The translations under genes were made by a program, and so were the position numbers. From Ruditapes philippinarum (Eukaryota): a DNA stretch of 64,000 bases. This document shows, piece after piece, positions 1-14,589 of this stretch (its first letter is position 1; each line of letters opens with the position of its first letter). Location of the stretch: NCBI RefSeq assembly GCF_026571515.1, contig NW_026862094.1:62001-126000 (forward strand), written 5' to 3'. Below the pieces are notes generated by a model that was not told the origin of the DNA, ran no database searches, and was given only the letters and a program-made list of their open reading frames with translations.

Positions 1-600
1 GTAACAGTTGGTATTCAAACTTAGAAACGTCTGGAAAGTGTAAAAATTTCAAGTTATCTTAACACAAATTCGAATTTGAAAGGTATATCACAAATACAGC
101 TCCTAATTTACTTAGATATTTGATTAAATCTAGAACACGAAACCATAGATTACCAGTAGAAACTGGATCTTGGCATTGAATAGAACTTAATATGAGAAGA
201 TGTACATTATGTTATTCCTCAGTTGGAGATGAATTTCACTACCTTCTAGAATGTAAATATTTTGATCATGAAAGAAAAAAATACTTACGACCCAATTATT
301 ATATTAGACGAAGCGTTTATTCTTTTGATAAACTGATGAATATAAACAACCATAGTACTTTTGAAGAAAATATGTATGTTTATCAAGGATATAGTTGAAA
401 AATTTATATAATGAAAATTAAATGCATATAACACGTGTAAATTTATAACATGCATATGTTAAAGTACCCAAGATACTCTCCCTTTACATGTATTATATAT
501 GCTTTTGTTTTTTTGTATGTATTCTATTGAGCCTCGAAAATTTGATAATATTTATTTACCTTATGCTGTCAATGTCTTGACCTGAGAGAAATAAAGATAT
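1..600 (+). mobile_element. 3' remnant of a non-LTR retrotransposon (LINE ORF2 C-terminus), decayed
   Basis: Reads RTRNHRLPVETGSWH*IELNMRRCTLC..VGDEFHYLLEC, the Cys/His C-terminal domain typical of LINE ORF2. Has an in-frame stop; AATAAA near 590. Confidence 0.7.
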
Positions 601-1974
601 TTGTATTATTCGTACTTGAAGTAAAATTTCAGCACCAACAGTTATTTCTCACTATTATCCTTGGTTTATCTCGACTGATAATTTTTCGCCTTTCTCCTGC
701 AGAGGTGTGAAATACACAAACCAGAAAATAATCTCTTTTTAGCGCGTGTCATAATGATGATTATGTTTGTAACAAGTTAATCTGTTTTTTATAAAAGTTA
801 ATCTAATTAGCGTGTTGGTTGACTTATGTCCAAAATGAGTGCATTTTCCGTCATATATAAAATAATTGAACATTGTGTTTAATTTAAATTATTATGACTT
901 TAAATGTAAATGAAAGAGTGAAAGAATAGAAACATTGTTTAACAACATCAAAAAATAAAAAATAAAATAAAAATAAATCAAAAATCTGTCGAACAATCTC
1001 GAGAAGGGTCCGCTAACCAACGCGGGAGGATATCTTGATCGACCATGCTGAAAACAACGTTTCACTATGGTGGTGTGTTACCTAGTAAACATCATTATGT
1101 GTAGTTATCACAGACTGCCGTATTTCCGCTGGTACTTGTAATAGCTTTGTTTAATATTGACTTTGCGATTTTAGGATCAAGAAAACAAGACATGGAGATA
1201 TCACACTTAGTTAATTTTATTTATGGTATGCACATATCTTTTGCAAATTTCAGTTTTTGACTGCAACAAACCCTGCAACGTTTATCTCGACATTTTGTTA
1301 TCTCTATATTTTTTGACAGTCTCGATGACTTCGAGATAACGAGAGTCGACTACATATTTGTAACGATATATTATTATTACTATTCCTACAATCAGGACTA
1401 TCTTGAATACTTCAAGGACAGCCTATAAAATCAACGTTATGCAAATCTAGATAAAGTATAGATTTAATTTACAAAGTCTTACAAGCTTAGCGTTTTATTG
1501 TTGTTGTTTGGGGTTTTTGGTGTTGTAATTTGTTTGATATTTGGGTCATTTCTTTTTCAATACAATAAGAATATGTTCACAATAGGATTAAAGTGGACGC
1601 TTGAAGTGAAATTCTTCACAATGCGAAACTTTTTTAAAGGCTTATTCGACATATGCAATAATATAATCCATTACATGTAAACACACTAGACAATTTCAGT
1701 ATGTAAGTATTGCACGTCATTTTTATACGCTAAAATATAACAAAACACATTCATGGAAACACGCCTACTTAGAAATAGCATGTTTCTTTTTTAAATCATT
1801 TAACAACCCATTTATATAGTCAATATGTGTGTTTGAAAAATATAAGCTACCATGATTTTCTTATTTGGCTTTCATTTGACATGCTTTTGGTATTTTCGAT
1901 AATGCGTGTGTTTGAATGCAATCCCTTTTCCAGTTCTTTTGATTACAATTTAGCTCTGATTCCACAGTCGATTA

Positions 1975-2552
1975 TCGAGTATCCACAATACAATGTAATT
2001 CGTCAAAAATATATAAAGAAATTTTACAGACAAAAACCAAGTATGTTTAAATTTGTAAACCTATTAAATAGTCAAATTTTTTCAGAATTACTTACGTTTA
2101 GCAAATATATTTTCGAGGCTTTTAAAATTAGAAATCAAATTCTTTCAAATGTGCTAATGTAACTTCTTGAAGTATGGTGTTTCATTTACAATAATATTAT
2201 ATGCACATTTTAATGATTCCCTTTTTGAACTGTTTAGGTATTATATTATAGTTCCTACTTTCCAGTATCTGTTGAATTCACACATTATCACATAATGCAA
2301 GTACATGTGTTTTTTCTTTGTTCTTTAATATGCAATTACATGTTGCTTTTTTGATTTTCATTATATAATGTATGCATGTTGTTTCTTAAGAAAATATTAG
2401 TTCATCCATTATTGTGTTATATATAATAATTTCATTCACTTTTCATCCTATATGTATCGTTCAATATTATATTATATGTATTATTCATTGTTAAACACTA
2501 GAAACTGTACAGTTTATGTGTAATAAAATCTGTTCTGTTCTGTTCTGTTCTG
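1975..2552 (+). mobile_element. 5'-truncated LINE 3' end with (TTCTG)n tail
   Basis: YNVIRQKYIKKFYRQKPSMFKFVNLL resembles the extreme ORF2 C-terminus, as in the copy at 1-600. Followed by an AT-rich UTR, AATAAA at ~2522 and a short TGTTC tandem tail. Confidence 0.6.
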
Positions 2553-4818
2553 ATTATGATTTCCCTCTTTAAATTAAAAAAAAACTAAAATTGATAAATC
2601 ATTTAATGAACTTAAGTGAATAGTTAAATCCGCCTGTTAACTACGCCTAAAATATACTGTCAATATAGGCAAGTTTTTGTTTTAATTGTTGTTGCATTCA
2701 TCACAACTTGGGGGGAAATCAGCAGTTATTCGACATTTCGTCAGTTAATTTATTAATGTTATGTTTAAACTTAATTAATCTTGATGAAGCCAAACCCAAA
2801 GGGAGGGTTGTTAAGTTTGGATTTAATCATCAGATTGATCCCGCGGGAAGGAATTTTACCATGAATGTCCAGATGTCTCAGATATAAGGTATGAGTAGTT
2901 GCTGCGTTTACAGGGCATAACGTAAGTCAAACGTATACGTATATATATGCATGTGTTCAGTGTTAAAGAAATAGTAAACTTTTGTTAAGACAGAAGTAAA
3001 ACATACTGTGAACTTGAGTGGTATCAGAATGGGATTAAATACTCAGACACATATTGTAGAAAAATAGTTCTTGTAAAGTCATAAGAAATTATTGAAATTT
3101 AAAGTAGCAAAACCCTAATGGGCACTATAAGGAACTGAAAAATTGATAGCATAGGGCAGTTATACAGTGTATGCCTTAAATGTCACCTGTATGCTTAATT
3201 TAAACAAAATTTACCGTGTTGTTTATGAGTAATGGACATTTTTCTAAACTAAAACTGCGCCATTAGAAGGGCTTTTTTCAGAAACTCCAAATACTCTAAA
3301 CTATCATCATTATTGAACATGTTTCCCTATTGCTCATTGTTAAGAAACAAATGAAGACATTCAGGTAACAAATTGAGCGATCAAAATGATTGTTTATAAA
3401 CAAAATGTTTTAAATATGTATAAAAATGTAACTCTACCCCTACAACTTTAAACACTTTTTTGACCATTTCCCTATGTAAAATGTCTTATACAAAATATCC
3501 CTTTAGTTGACCAAAATGAGAGGCAGTTTTCAAAGTTTGCCTAAATTTGCTTAAATGTATATTGGTTTGTCTTGCAAAATATAAAATACTTTAACCGTGT
3601 AGTTTTTATTTTATGAAACTTTGAAAATATCTGGTATTAAATTTGGCATTTTTCAGCAAATAAATACCTACAATAATTATATTATTACAATCAAACACTT
3701 TTTTTTCTTTCATAAGGGATCTGAGAGATACATTAACATTGTTAAAAAACAAAAGAAAGAAAAAAAGTTGGGGGCTTGAACCCACGCCTCTCAGTTTCAA
3801 TGCACTTAACAGTGATTCTAGCCTATTTAAATACTCTTTAAAGTGGAGATAATGCATTAGAGGTGCACTACCTTAATCTTATTGTATGAACATTAATTCA
3901 GAAAAGAAAAAGGGTTAAATAAATCTGTATTGAATTCAATGGTAATTGCTTAATTTCCGATTAAAATCATAGTTTAATCATAGTACATATTAACTATCGG
4001 TTACATTGAAACCCCTAAATTTAAAATTTACTTGTAAATTCATAATTATTTTTAGAAAGGAAATAATGTGTATATATAGTAACGTTTACATCATTTACAT
4101 TGCACACTTAATTTACGAATTTGAAAATCATATTTTAACAAGGTTAACGAGTCAACGCTTATTTTTAGAATGATTTTGAAATTAGGAAAACCATAAATTT
4201 GGACTTCAAAATCATATTCTAATGATAGTAAAATTTACATCGTTGACGTAAATCTTTAAAATTAATGATAATCATAGAAATGTTTTTGGTGCACACGTTT
4301 AAATTTATAATTTACATGTCGGGAAATTAGTTTTTATTTAAAATCGACTAAGAATAGTAACGCTAGCAGCGTAGACGCTTAAAAGGACATTATGCTATTT
4401 TTTTACGTATCAAGTTGAGTTGGATCAAATATATAGGTCAAAAGATTGACTACTTTAATGGTGACTAATAATTAGAAATGTTTAGGATAAAATATAAAAT
4501 CTGTCTAGAGCCCAGATCTTTTAACAACTGAGCGTAACTGATACATTTCGAAAACTATTTAGAAATGTAAGTTTCCACGTGGGCTATTCAATATTCACTA
4601 AACGTACAATATGGATTTTAAAACAAATATTAGAATATTGTAAACTTACTCTTATTTCTCTAAACAGTAACACTTGAATGGACATAATGTCACTTAAATA
4701 ATGAAATCAAGATGTCTGTTTGCTACAATATTTTGTTGGTTACAAGATAAAACTAAAAGCAGTCAGACTGTTACGTTTGTAACGGATAATTTAAACTATA
4801 GCTATACTAATTGATTAA

Positions 4819-5136
4819 AGGGACTCCACTGAGGTTTAAAAGCCTAAAAACATAACATTTGAATTTCTTACATAATTGAGCTGGGACACTTTAAACAGAA
4901 ATATATGCAAAGATAGTTAAGAAATATACTATGAAATAAATTGAAAATCGTATTTCTTTTTTTATCTTTCGTTAGCCCAATTTGAGTGAAAAGCGTTTGA
5001 ACGCTTTTCATTTTTGGTCATTTTTTACAATTTGAATAATTATTCTGGAAAAAAGAAGTGCGCGAATGATCTGACATTTTGCACAAAGATTTGTGGTCTA
5101 AACCCAATCTTGTCAAAAAACCTCAGTGGAGTCCCT
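4819..5136. mobile_element. Non-autonomous TIR element (MITE) with TTAA TSD, Kolobok-like
   Basis: TTAA|AGGGACTCCACTGAGGTTT ... AAACCTCAGTGGAGTCCCT|TTAA: perfect 19-bp TIR with purine-purine termini and a TTAA target. Confidence 0.75.
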
Positions 5137-6787
5137 TTAAGATCAAGTCTTAATCTGCTTATTTTAAAATAATAAGAAAGCGGTTTTGTGATATTGCGTT
5201 TACCATCACCGGTAGGTATGGATAAGCTGATTTAATCCCGTTATTTTTTAAATAGTTTTTATGACAAAGGCTTTTATATTTTCTTTTTAGTCGTTTACTT
5301 ATAAGACATTTTCCTTTAAATACTTAACGTTTTGAACTAAACCATGTTTTTTGGCGCACGGCATATTCTTGTTTTCATTAAAAGGAATAGGCGTTTCAAG
5401 ATATTGTTTATCTTTGACTTCCAACTGCTCGATAAATGTTTTTATGTTTTTCAATTTTGATTTCACCTGAACTCCGTTTATGACCTCTGTAATAAAAGTT
5501 TTTTGAAATAGACAATTGCGTGGCTTCTCATCATTTAAATTTACTTAAAGTTACATAGAATAATAAGTTCAAATAGGTTTTGTGGTAGTATAAATTCATC
5601 GCCTTGCCATGTTGATCTTTGTGTATTAAAGATTATGTATCCAATAAACATGTAATTTGATGGTTCGGCGAGGGTTGAAAGCTAGGTCACATAGTCCAAA
5701 TATGGAAAACCCTTGTTTACATTCTAAAGGTAAAATTTTCAAACAATAAATCACACATCACAAATATGGGAAAACCTTGTTAATACTATAGATGTGATAT
5801 TTTTAACCCAAATTTCCTTGAAATCTGGTACAAAGGTTATTTAAATGATGTTAAGATTCAGTTTAAATGGTAAAGAAATCTTAGTAACAGCACATAAAGA
5901 AGAATATATGGATAAATTTAATTTCGCACTATTCAAGGTGAAGATATGAACGTTATGATATCAGTTAAAGTTTATGATATTATATCTGATTTTTGCTATA
6001 GTTCTTCTTTTGATAAGCACCTCTACATTACGGCACAACGGAATTATGTCGCACTCGGGCTCGTTAAGATTGAGCATAGTAAATGCTTTTTGACGAGTCA
6101 GAGAAATTGCTATACATTTGAATGTTGTTTTTTTTGCGACAGCATGCGGTTAAGAATTATTATTTTGCTACCAGTAATACTGTTGTAATATCGATATAAG
6201 TAGTTCCAAGTTGTTGCATTTCATGCAAATATTGATCTCAATCGTTCAGCAAAATCTTTAATAATCTTCATTGGTTTTGATTTGTATATGATTACAAAAC
6301 TGAATTTAACAACAAGAGAAACACATTCTGTTGTGTTATTGACATTACTGGATTGTGTTCGGTTTTGTATAATATATATTAAATCCTAAAGATAACCCTT
6401 CAACGGTAATATGTACCAAGGTTCACACCTACGTAAACTTGGTCATGTCTGTATTGGTCATTGTTTTGGATGTTTACATGTTTTGTGATGTCTGTACTGT
6501 TGGATTGTCGATGAAGGTAGGTATTTTCTCACCCCCCCCCCCCCTCACCCATTTTTAACCTCCCACCTTTTCACCTTTAATTCCCTTATGGGCCCGTTTA
6601 AGTTGATATTATTTTACATTACATGTCTCACTCCTTTCACCCTTATGTCCGCTCCAGGTTTTTTAAGTGTGTCTGGCGCCGCGTCCTGTGAACGTTGCCT
6701 TTGCCTTGTTGATCTTTATTCTTGTTTTGTTTTACAGTTTGAACCAATTATGGAGATCTAATAGCTTAATATTATTTCCTGATTATT

Positions 6788-9700
6788 TTATTCAAGAAAA
6801 CTGACTACTGATTTAACTATTTTCCCTGTCTTAACTTCTTTTGCAGTAACAACTATTTCTGTCCCTCCAAACGCAAAAGATACTTCAAGTTGATTATTCG
6901 TCGCATCATCTGTACCAGATAAGTTTAATGTGACTCTGCCAATAACATGACAGTCTTTGTCTGTAGTATACCTTGGATTTTCAAGTTTTGATGCACATAT
7001 ATCCCATTTTACTGTCCTTTGATCTCGATACTGTGGAACAAACAATTTCGTGCGTTGAGACTCTCCAGTTTTAACTAATTCTCCTCTAGTCACGTGTTTA
7101 AAGAAAATATCTTTACAACGCACTCCGTTATCAGTGACGACACGCTTCTCTATTGGATGTGCACCTGGAATGAATTCAGCACTCCCTGAAACACCATATG
7201 TATATTTCACAATTCTCTCTGAAATAACAGGCGGATAATATCCATACAAAACTGCACCTTTCAGCACTGCAGTCGAAGCTTCTACTGGTACAACAACAGG
7301 AATGTCGGGAAATTCAGTTTTAACAGCTTGTTGCAGAAGGATACATTCAGAGAAGCCACCTACCATTAATATGCAGGAAAGTGTTTCTCCCTGCATTTTC
7401 TCAATTATTTTTTTGATTTCATGTATTGCCTTTAATGTTGCCAGTTTGAAAAAATTGCTGAAAAAGTGTGATGTGAAAGTTATCTTGTCCCTTTTCAGAG
7501 TGATTTCATTGCCAGTATCTATCTCTCTGAAAGCATCATCTAAACTTTTAGTTTTTATTATTCTTTTCAAAATCGAGCTACGTTTGTTTGATTCATATAT
7601 CCCTTTAAAACTATGCGGAAATCTCATATTTACATGATCTTGTTCTTTAGGGTTAAACGATTTCTTTTTGGATTCAAATTCACCCATTAAATACAACCAA
7701 TCATCAGTTTCTATTCGTTTAAACTGCTCATACTTTTCATCAGATAGAGTGGTTCTCAAGAATTTTTCGAACTCCTTATTCACTGCATTTCCGCCGTGTA
7801 CATTCCCACTTGCGGTCACTATTTGTTTTACAGTTTTCGATGAGGCGACTTCATGTACTGTTAAATCTACTGTTCCGCCTGAAGAGAAATTCTTCTAGTT
7901 AAATAAATTTGAGAAACAAAATTATGAGATTTAATTAAAGATACAAATTACAATTTCTTATCAACATTCCAAAACAGAAATTATTGTGTTATCTATAGAA
8001 AGGGCAAATATGTGTTTGATTGTGTCTTTATTTAAACATTCAACGGTGCTTATCACTTGGAGAAATTAACACTGAATATTGAAAAACAATTGTGAAGGTA
8101 GCAAAAAGTAAACAAAATACTTAACCACTATATTCGTACCAATTGCCAAGCGCAAGACAAATGCAAAAAATCACTCAGCTAAATGGCATATTAGTATTCA
8201 TTTAGAAACTGTAGCAGGCCACTAAAAGGAGGCATACCCATTAAAAAAAAACAACAATAAATAGTGTGGCTCAGTGGCCCTTTTTAAAGGAAAATAATAT
8301 TCAAATTTGAATTAACCTTTTTGTAATATATATAACCAAGTGGCATGGCTAAATCATTTTCTTCGTCTCTCGAAATAGATACATGTAGAATGCTAATCCA
8401 TTTTGTAAATGATTAATACGCTACGCACCCCACTTTTGCTTGAATTAAAAAAAATATAAACTTTTTTTTTATTTACCTCCAGCATCCAGCACGAGGTATT
8501 TACTTCCAATCTTCAGGGAAGATAAAGCAACACCCGAGTCTCTATTAATAGCACACACATCAAGTTGCCGACAATAAACTGACGCAGCTTCTGGCTCAAG
8601 AGCTATAATTATACTGTCTGGTAATAATCCTGCCTAAAACAAATAAAATCTGAATAAAATAGCGTAGGTTAAAGTAAATCGTGACATTTGACTCGTAAAT
8701 CTATATACATTGTATAGTTTTAATTTTTTGGTTAAAAATCTTGAAAAGAGGACACCACTTGGGAACAATATAAACAGTTGCATAAAAGTGAAAATTGCAT
8801 TCTTTGGTTAAGTCTGTTCATGAGAGATAATGAAAAGTGCAATTACTATTTTGAATTATTTATAGTAACTCTCCGTCCATACTTCACCTTTGTGTCTACT
8901 CCAGATTTTGTTTGCTGTCCTTGCCGGTGGTCATTTGTTACTGTTTTTTGTTGAGAGATGTTGTCAATGAATGCCAACCTTTTTGGTTGATCTTTGTTTT
9001 AATTTTTATTCACATTTTAACCCATGGCCTAAAGTGGCATTATGTCCATCCAAATGTGTGAATGGTGAGTGTAGGAAAATGTCATTCAAGTCATTATTTT
9101 GTTACACACAAACTATCAATAAACCGCGTGACCAATGGTAATTTCTCTGTATAAAATTCGTAAGTTATCGGTATCGTTAAATAGAGCTAGGCAGTCTTTT
9201 TATGTCTAAAGCAGGTTTAATATTTAATCGTTATTAATCATTGGCTATTCCCCATTATAGCAGTTATTCAGCTAATAATTTAAACGAACAAATGAGCATA
9301 GTATAACCTTTATTGGTGTTCGATAATAAATACAAAAATAACTTGAATCAATGATCGACAAGGATTATGCAAATGTTAGGGTAAAATGTTAATCTTCCCA
9401 TATAGTAAACATTTTTGTTGTGAAAAGAACCTTACTTGTAATGCAGATTCTCTCATCAAATATTTTGCTTGGTCTGTCCAGATGGCAGGAACAGTAATAA
9501 CCCATCTAATATCTCCGGGTCTTATATCTTGAAATCTTCTTTTTAAATCACTGAACATATCCTCGGCTAAAAACCGAATACTGGCTGAAAATACGTTTAT
9601 TGCTGGAAGAACTCTTCCCATTTGGTCAACAAGCTTCATCCCAGTGTTCAGCGGCTGAAAAGTGTAAATTTTGACCATGCATAAATCATGATCAGACAAA

Positions 9701-12700
9701 AGGAACTTTAAGAATGTCTGTGCATACGGCTGCAACTTATGAGAACAGATTGATATGTTTTTCTTATCCGCGAATTTTTCTCTACGAATTCGATGCAGAT
9801 CAAAGAGTTAACGCAATAGATAGACAGGTAGAATGAACAGTGAACATTTACAACATTGATGAATTTGAAGTATAATACATTAAAATGATATATAATGATT
9901 GAAAGGGTAAATTTGTTTTACGTGTAAATGTTGTTTTTTACCCAAGATATATGATAATGATTGACACAACAAAGGTTTGAAATGTGTTTCTTGTTTATTC
10001 TTCTCTAGTGGTTTTTTTTTACATTTGTAAGGTTGTAAAAATAAGTTTGTTTTTGTTTCTGATAAGGCCAAACTAAGAACACATTCGGTAAATTGTACGG
10101 TATATGTTACATACATCACGATACTACAAAATTGCAAGTAACAAAATATTAATTATACCTGGTAATATTTTCCATAGAGACCAGTTTTGAAGTTTTTGAA
10201 GAAGAAATATGCCTGGTGTTGTTTCTTTGTTACTAAGTCATCATATCTGCTCTCTGCCTCATACCCAAATGAGTCCAGAGTTTCACCATCTGGTTTTATC
10301 AAAGCACATGTGGATGTTTTTCCTGTTGAATTTGAGGTGTATGTTGAGTACCAAGACTTTACATATATGGTAGAGTTTCTGTCTAGATCTGTCTTGGAAG
10401 CAAATGCCCATCCAGAATAGGAAGTTCCTAAATCAATCGCCGCAAAGATAATCTTACTGTCAGCCTGAATATATCGTAATACAACATTATGAACAATTTC
10501 CATTTTCTTTTAATTACTTTAAACGTACATTATTCTTTTTTGTTGTGGAGGGGGTGCATATAAATTTTTACTATTCCATAATATTTCCATTTAGAGTATA
10601 CATTAAGAGAAATCAATATCATGAAAACAGTACTTATTGACTTTGTTCTAGTTTGAAATAAAGTATGTAGATGTTATAATAAACAGCCTTCTTCCACCTT
10701 TACGGAGAGAATCTATACCCAAACCATCAAGCATCAATTAGTCCAGTATTCCCTTTTTAAATGCATCTTTGTGAAGCGAAGCTATAATGCATAGTTGATA
10801 ATTTGTTTAGTTGGGTATTCTAGTTTTCCTGTGTTAGACTGTCCTAAAAGCATCTTCAGAAATAAGCAACAATCTGGTAGAACTATTTTCAATCTAAATG
10901 CAATTTGAAAATGCTACTTGTGTTAAAAAGAATTGCTTGTATCCGAAAGTAACTGCTGGATTAAACATTATAGTGTCAGGATGTTACCAAGAGACTTAAA
11001 GTACTTTTTATGGCGCCCTGAAAGTCTTATTTGTTGAGTTCTTGCACTTTGTTAATTGTCATACTTTATTTTTGTCCGAGCCATTTCTCATGAACTATAA
11101 AAACTATGGACTATAAAACGTAAAAGATCTCACTGAGCAAAAATGCCTTGCACAATAACTGGTACTCTGTACTTCATGATTTTTGAGTTATTACCCTTTG
11201 TTAATTTCCATGCTTTATTTTTGTCCGCACCAATTCTCTTACACTTTAAAAGCTATTGGCTTGAAACTTCATAGGATTGTCGATCTTGTTGAGAAGAAGT
11301 GCAGTACATAAGAACTTGAACACTGCACTTATAATTTTTTATATTTATTCCATATCAGTCACTTTAATTTACGTTCTTTATCATTTAATATAAATAAGGA
11401 ATTTTGTCAATAAATACATTCTTTAAAATCAAGTTTAGGGTTAAGGTGAGTTGATATCATTGTTAATTGTTTTTTGTACATACTTGTCGCGCATATAATT
11501 AGTTATTTAATGAAAATTACAAAACGTGACAAGATACGACGAGCGTATGTATTTTTTTACCAATGTTATCATCTGATTTGAAGTATCAATTTATCTGAAG
11601 TCTTAAAGTGTCAAAAACATTGTAGACATACAATGACAAAACCATGTCTCTTCAAAATAGGAAAAATAAAAAAGCTCCGATAACTTATCAATCGATTCAC
11701 GCGATAAACCAGGAAGTTAAGAAACGTTAAAAGATTAAGCACATTAATATCAACCGGTTGTTGCACATAGATGGAGTGGGCAAGGTGGTCCACGAAAGTT
11801 GTACTTTACTAGAGCATAAAGCTGAGAGAAGAATGGTGTGTAATTAAATACTAGTAGATTGCCTTGAATCATCTGACGGAGAGGTTTTATCTTATAATGA
11901 ATTTATTTATAGGTTCAATATCCAATAACATTTCTTTTTTTATATATATCGTTTTAGGAATGATTGTTTCAATTGAAAGTTTTTAAAGAAATAAGATATA
12001 AGCTCTAATATTGTACTAACAATGGCCGAGAATTTCAACATTACCTCAAAGATATCGTACTAAGTGTAAATTTCGTAAAACCATTTTCATGTACATTGAG
12101 TACACAACAAATTCAACCCGGAAGTACTGTTATCAGGGTTATTTCTGTGCTGGATATGTCTACATGTGTCTCTAGTTTTAAAAGAGTAAAATGTATATTT
12201 ATGGCCACTTTAACATGTAATAAAAGTTTTTTTATACTTTACTTTGATCTAAAACTGTGTTAACTTAATGTAAATAAGCACCTCAGTCATTACTTAATTT
12301 TAGATCTAAAGTGTTGCAATTTAAAATGATTTATTTAAAACATTAGTGTATATTAGTGTATATGTCCTTATCTCACAAGTGTATAATATACTGCGGATTA
12401 CATAATTTTTCTCTATCATTAAAATGACATATTTCAAAGACATATTTTGTCTTAAATGTACAAATGCTGCACTGGCTATATGCATAATTATAGCTTATGA
12501 CTTATAAATGAAAAAAAAATGAAATTTTTCTTTTTTCACACTTCCTACATGATCAACATGTTTTTCTGACTTACAGTGTACACACAAATTATCATTGACC
12601 AAATGATTCAAAATTATATTTTAAAGATTTAACGATTCATGATACTACAATATAACAGCTTATAGTTTTAGCTTTAAAACAAGTATATCGCCGGATACAG

Positions 12701-13740
12701 CTCACATCTGAAAGATTATGATGTTAAGGATCAAAGTTGCAGGCTTCAACATAAGTATCGTTATGTTTATAATGTTTCAAAACACAATCTGGCTGCTGCT
12801 CTGACTTTTATTGTTGCTGATACTTGTAGTTATGTTGCAGTAACAGGAGCAGCTACACTAGTAGCATAGAAGCAATAATATTAGTAGTAGAAGCTATGTT
12901 TCAGCCAAGCTGTTACAAACTTGTTATAACTTTTCAACAATTGTTTCGTATAATATCGTCGTAATATAATATCTCTTCTTTTAAGGTTATGTCATAAATA
13001 TTTTATGATTTAGTGTTTGTTCAAATGTTTGATATTCGTAAAAAAATTATACAGTCATATTTATAAGTCTGGTTCCCCATATCTTCATATTAAGAATGTT
13101 AAGTTCCATTTTTAAGAACAGATTAGTAGCGGTCGTGTCAAGGTCACTAACTAGGGAAGGGGATGTTTAAGCGGCCGCATAGCTCAGTCGGTACAGTCGC
13201 GGAAAAGTCAAAGGTACGAGTTCCGCTCTAGCTGCACATAACTTCTCATCATCTGACATTTGTAAAACAACAGTTACCGACTTGTAGGAAAACATTACCT
13301 TCTATTGTACATTACTATATTTTATGAAATATTTTTATTATCATTAAATAAAATTAATTGGTTGATTCTTGAAAAATAAGTTTTAACATAAAATGTGTTT
13401 TTTAACATAATGAACTGAATAAGGCATTTAAAAGAGGGTTTTAACCATTTCGCGATGCGTTAATACATTAACCGTTTGTTTTTTAAAGCAATGTACTACC
13501 GTGTTCCTTAAATATTCATCAGCATTTTGGTAGTATAATTTTTCAAAGTCAGAATAATAATTGTTGCAGCTAAAATATATACACTTTAATAAAGAGATAA
13601 GAAATATTTTTATATTCATTTATAATACATGTTCCAGTAAAAAGCAGTAAAATGTTGATTATAACTAAATAAGAGAAAACCTGATCTGATGTGATGTCGC
13701 ACTCTGCTGATGTTGCCATATTAAGAGCACTTAGTTCCAT
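6788..13740 (-). CDS. HSPA12: Heat shock 70 kDa protein 12-like (atypical Hsp70), ~610 aa, 5 coding exons
   Basis: Exons 13681-13740 (tentative, weak donor), 10159-10464, 9436-9654, 8477-8633, 6788-7878; all GT-AG and phase-compatible. Motifs AAIDLGTSYSGWAF, WVITVPAIW, IALEPEAAS, LDAGGGTVD, MVGGFSEC, AVLKGAVLYG, FGGTEI. Confidence 0.92.
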
Positions 13741-14589
13741 TTTTTTCTCCCAAACAAGGTTTACATAGTTTTATGTGATTTTTGCCCGCCGTATTCTTTT
13801 CAATTCAATCTTATAATTTATCTTATCAGTATTCCATTTGATAGCGACTGAGTAAAGCGATCGGTGATATCTACCGTTATTCCTGATTTGTAAACGCTTA
13901 AACATAATATTTATATGACACGAAAAGTCACGAAATTACCCGAAATTATTTACGAACTTGTTATCAATCCAATTAGATCCTCTGCCATTGTTTTAATCAT
14001 CTCATCTCTTCGCTGATTTCACTTTTTCACTAAGAATATATGCATATACTCTAGCTAATAATTGGTTGGGATATCATCATAAAATTATCTAATTTATCTG
14101 TTTTATATTTATTATAAATCATTCAGCAGATTAGTTTGTTATTTTAACATTGTAAATATTGTATGTGTATTGGAATAAATTAATTTATATTGCCGCTTGG
14201 GGTTCGAGTAAGGTTGCTGATTATATTTCTGTCCTTTTCTTTTGTTTATCTTTTTGTCTTCTCTCTTTTATTTCTTTTAAATTTAAGTTTCCTTTGACAT
14301 GTAACATGAACACAAAACACGTCAAATATGTCATAGAAGAACGGCAGAATTATTGTAGCAGATGTCACTGCAGTGCATGCATACAATTGCAACCATTGCA
14401 AAGTGACGGGCCGGCAGTGTAAATAAAAAAAAGTTGTTTCGGTCCATATATACCTTTCTTCGTATAACGCCGCACTTAACCAAGTGTACAAGTTTATTTA
14501 TTTAAGCATGGCATATTACATGCATGTGATTAAAATTACAAAGTATATATAAAGTATAAATAAACAAAAACATAGCACAAGTGCATACA

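Noticed and set aside
7302-7898. Plus-strand ORFs over HSPA12, and antisense ORFs over the integrase and penton
   Set aside because: Shadow ORFs of real genes on the opposite strand.
13171-13240. tRNA-like sequence (TAGCTCAGTCGG box A); similar traces near 3775, 21330 and 36850
   Set aside because: No complete cloverleaf; more likely decayed tRNA-derived SINE heads.
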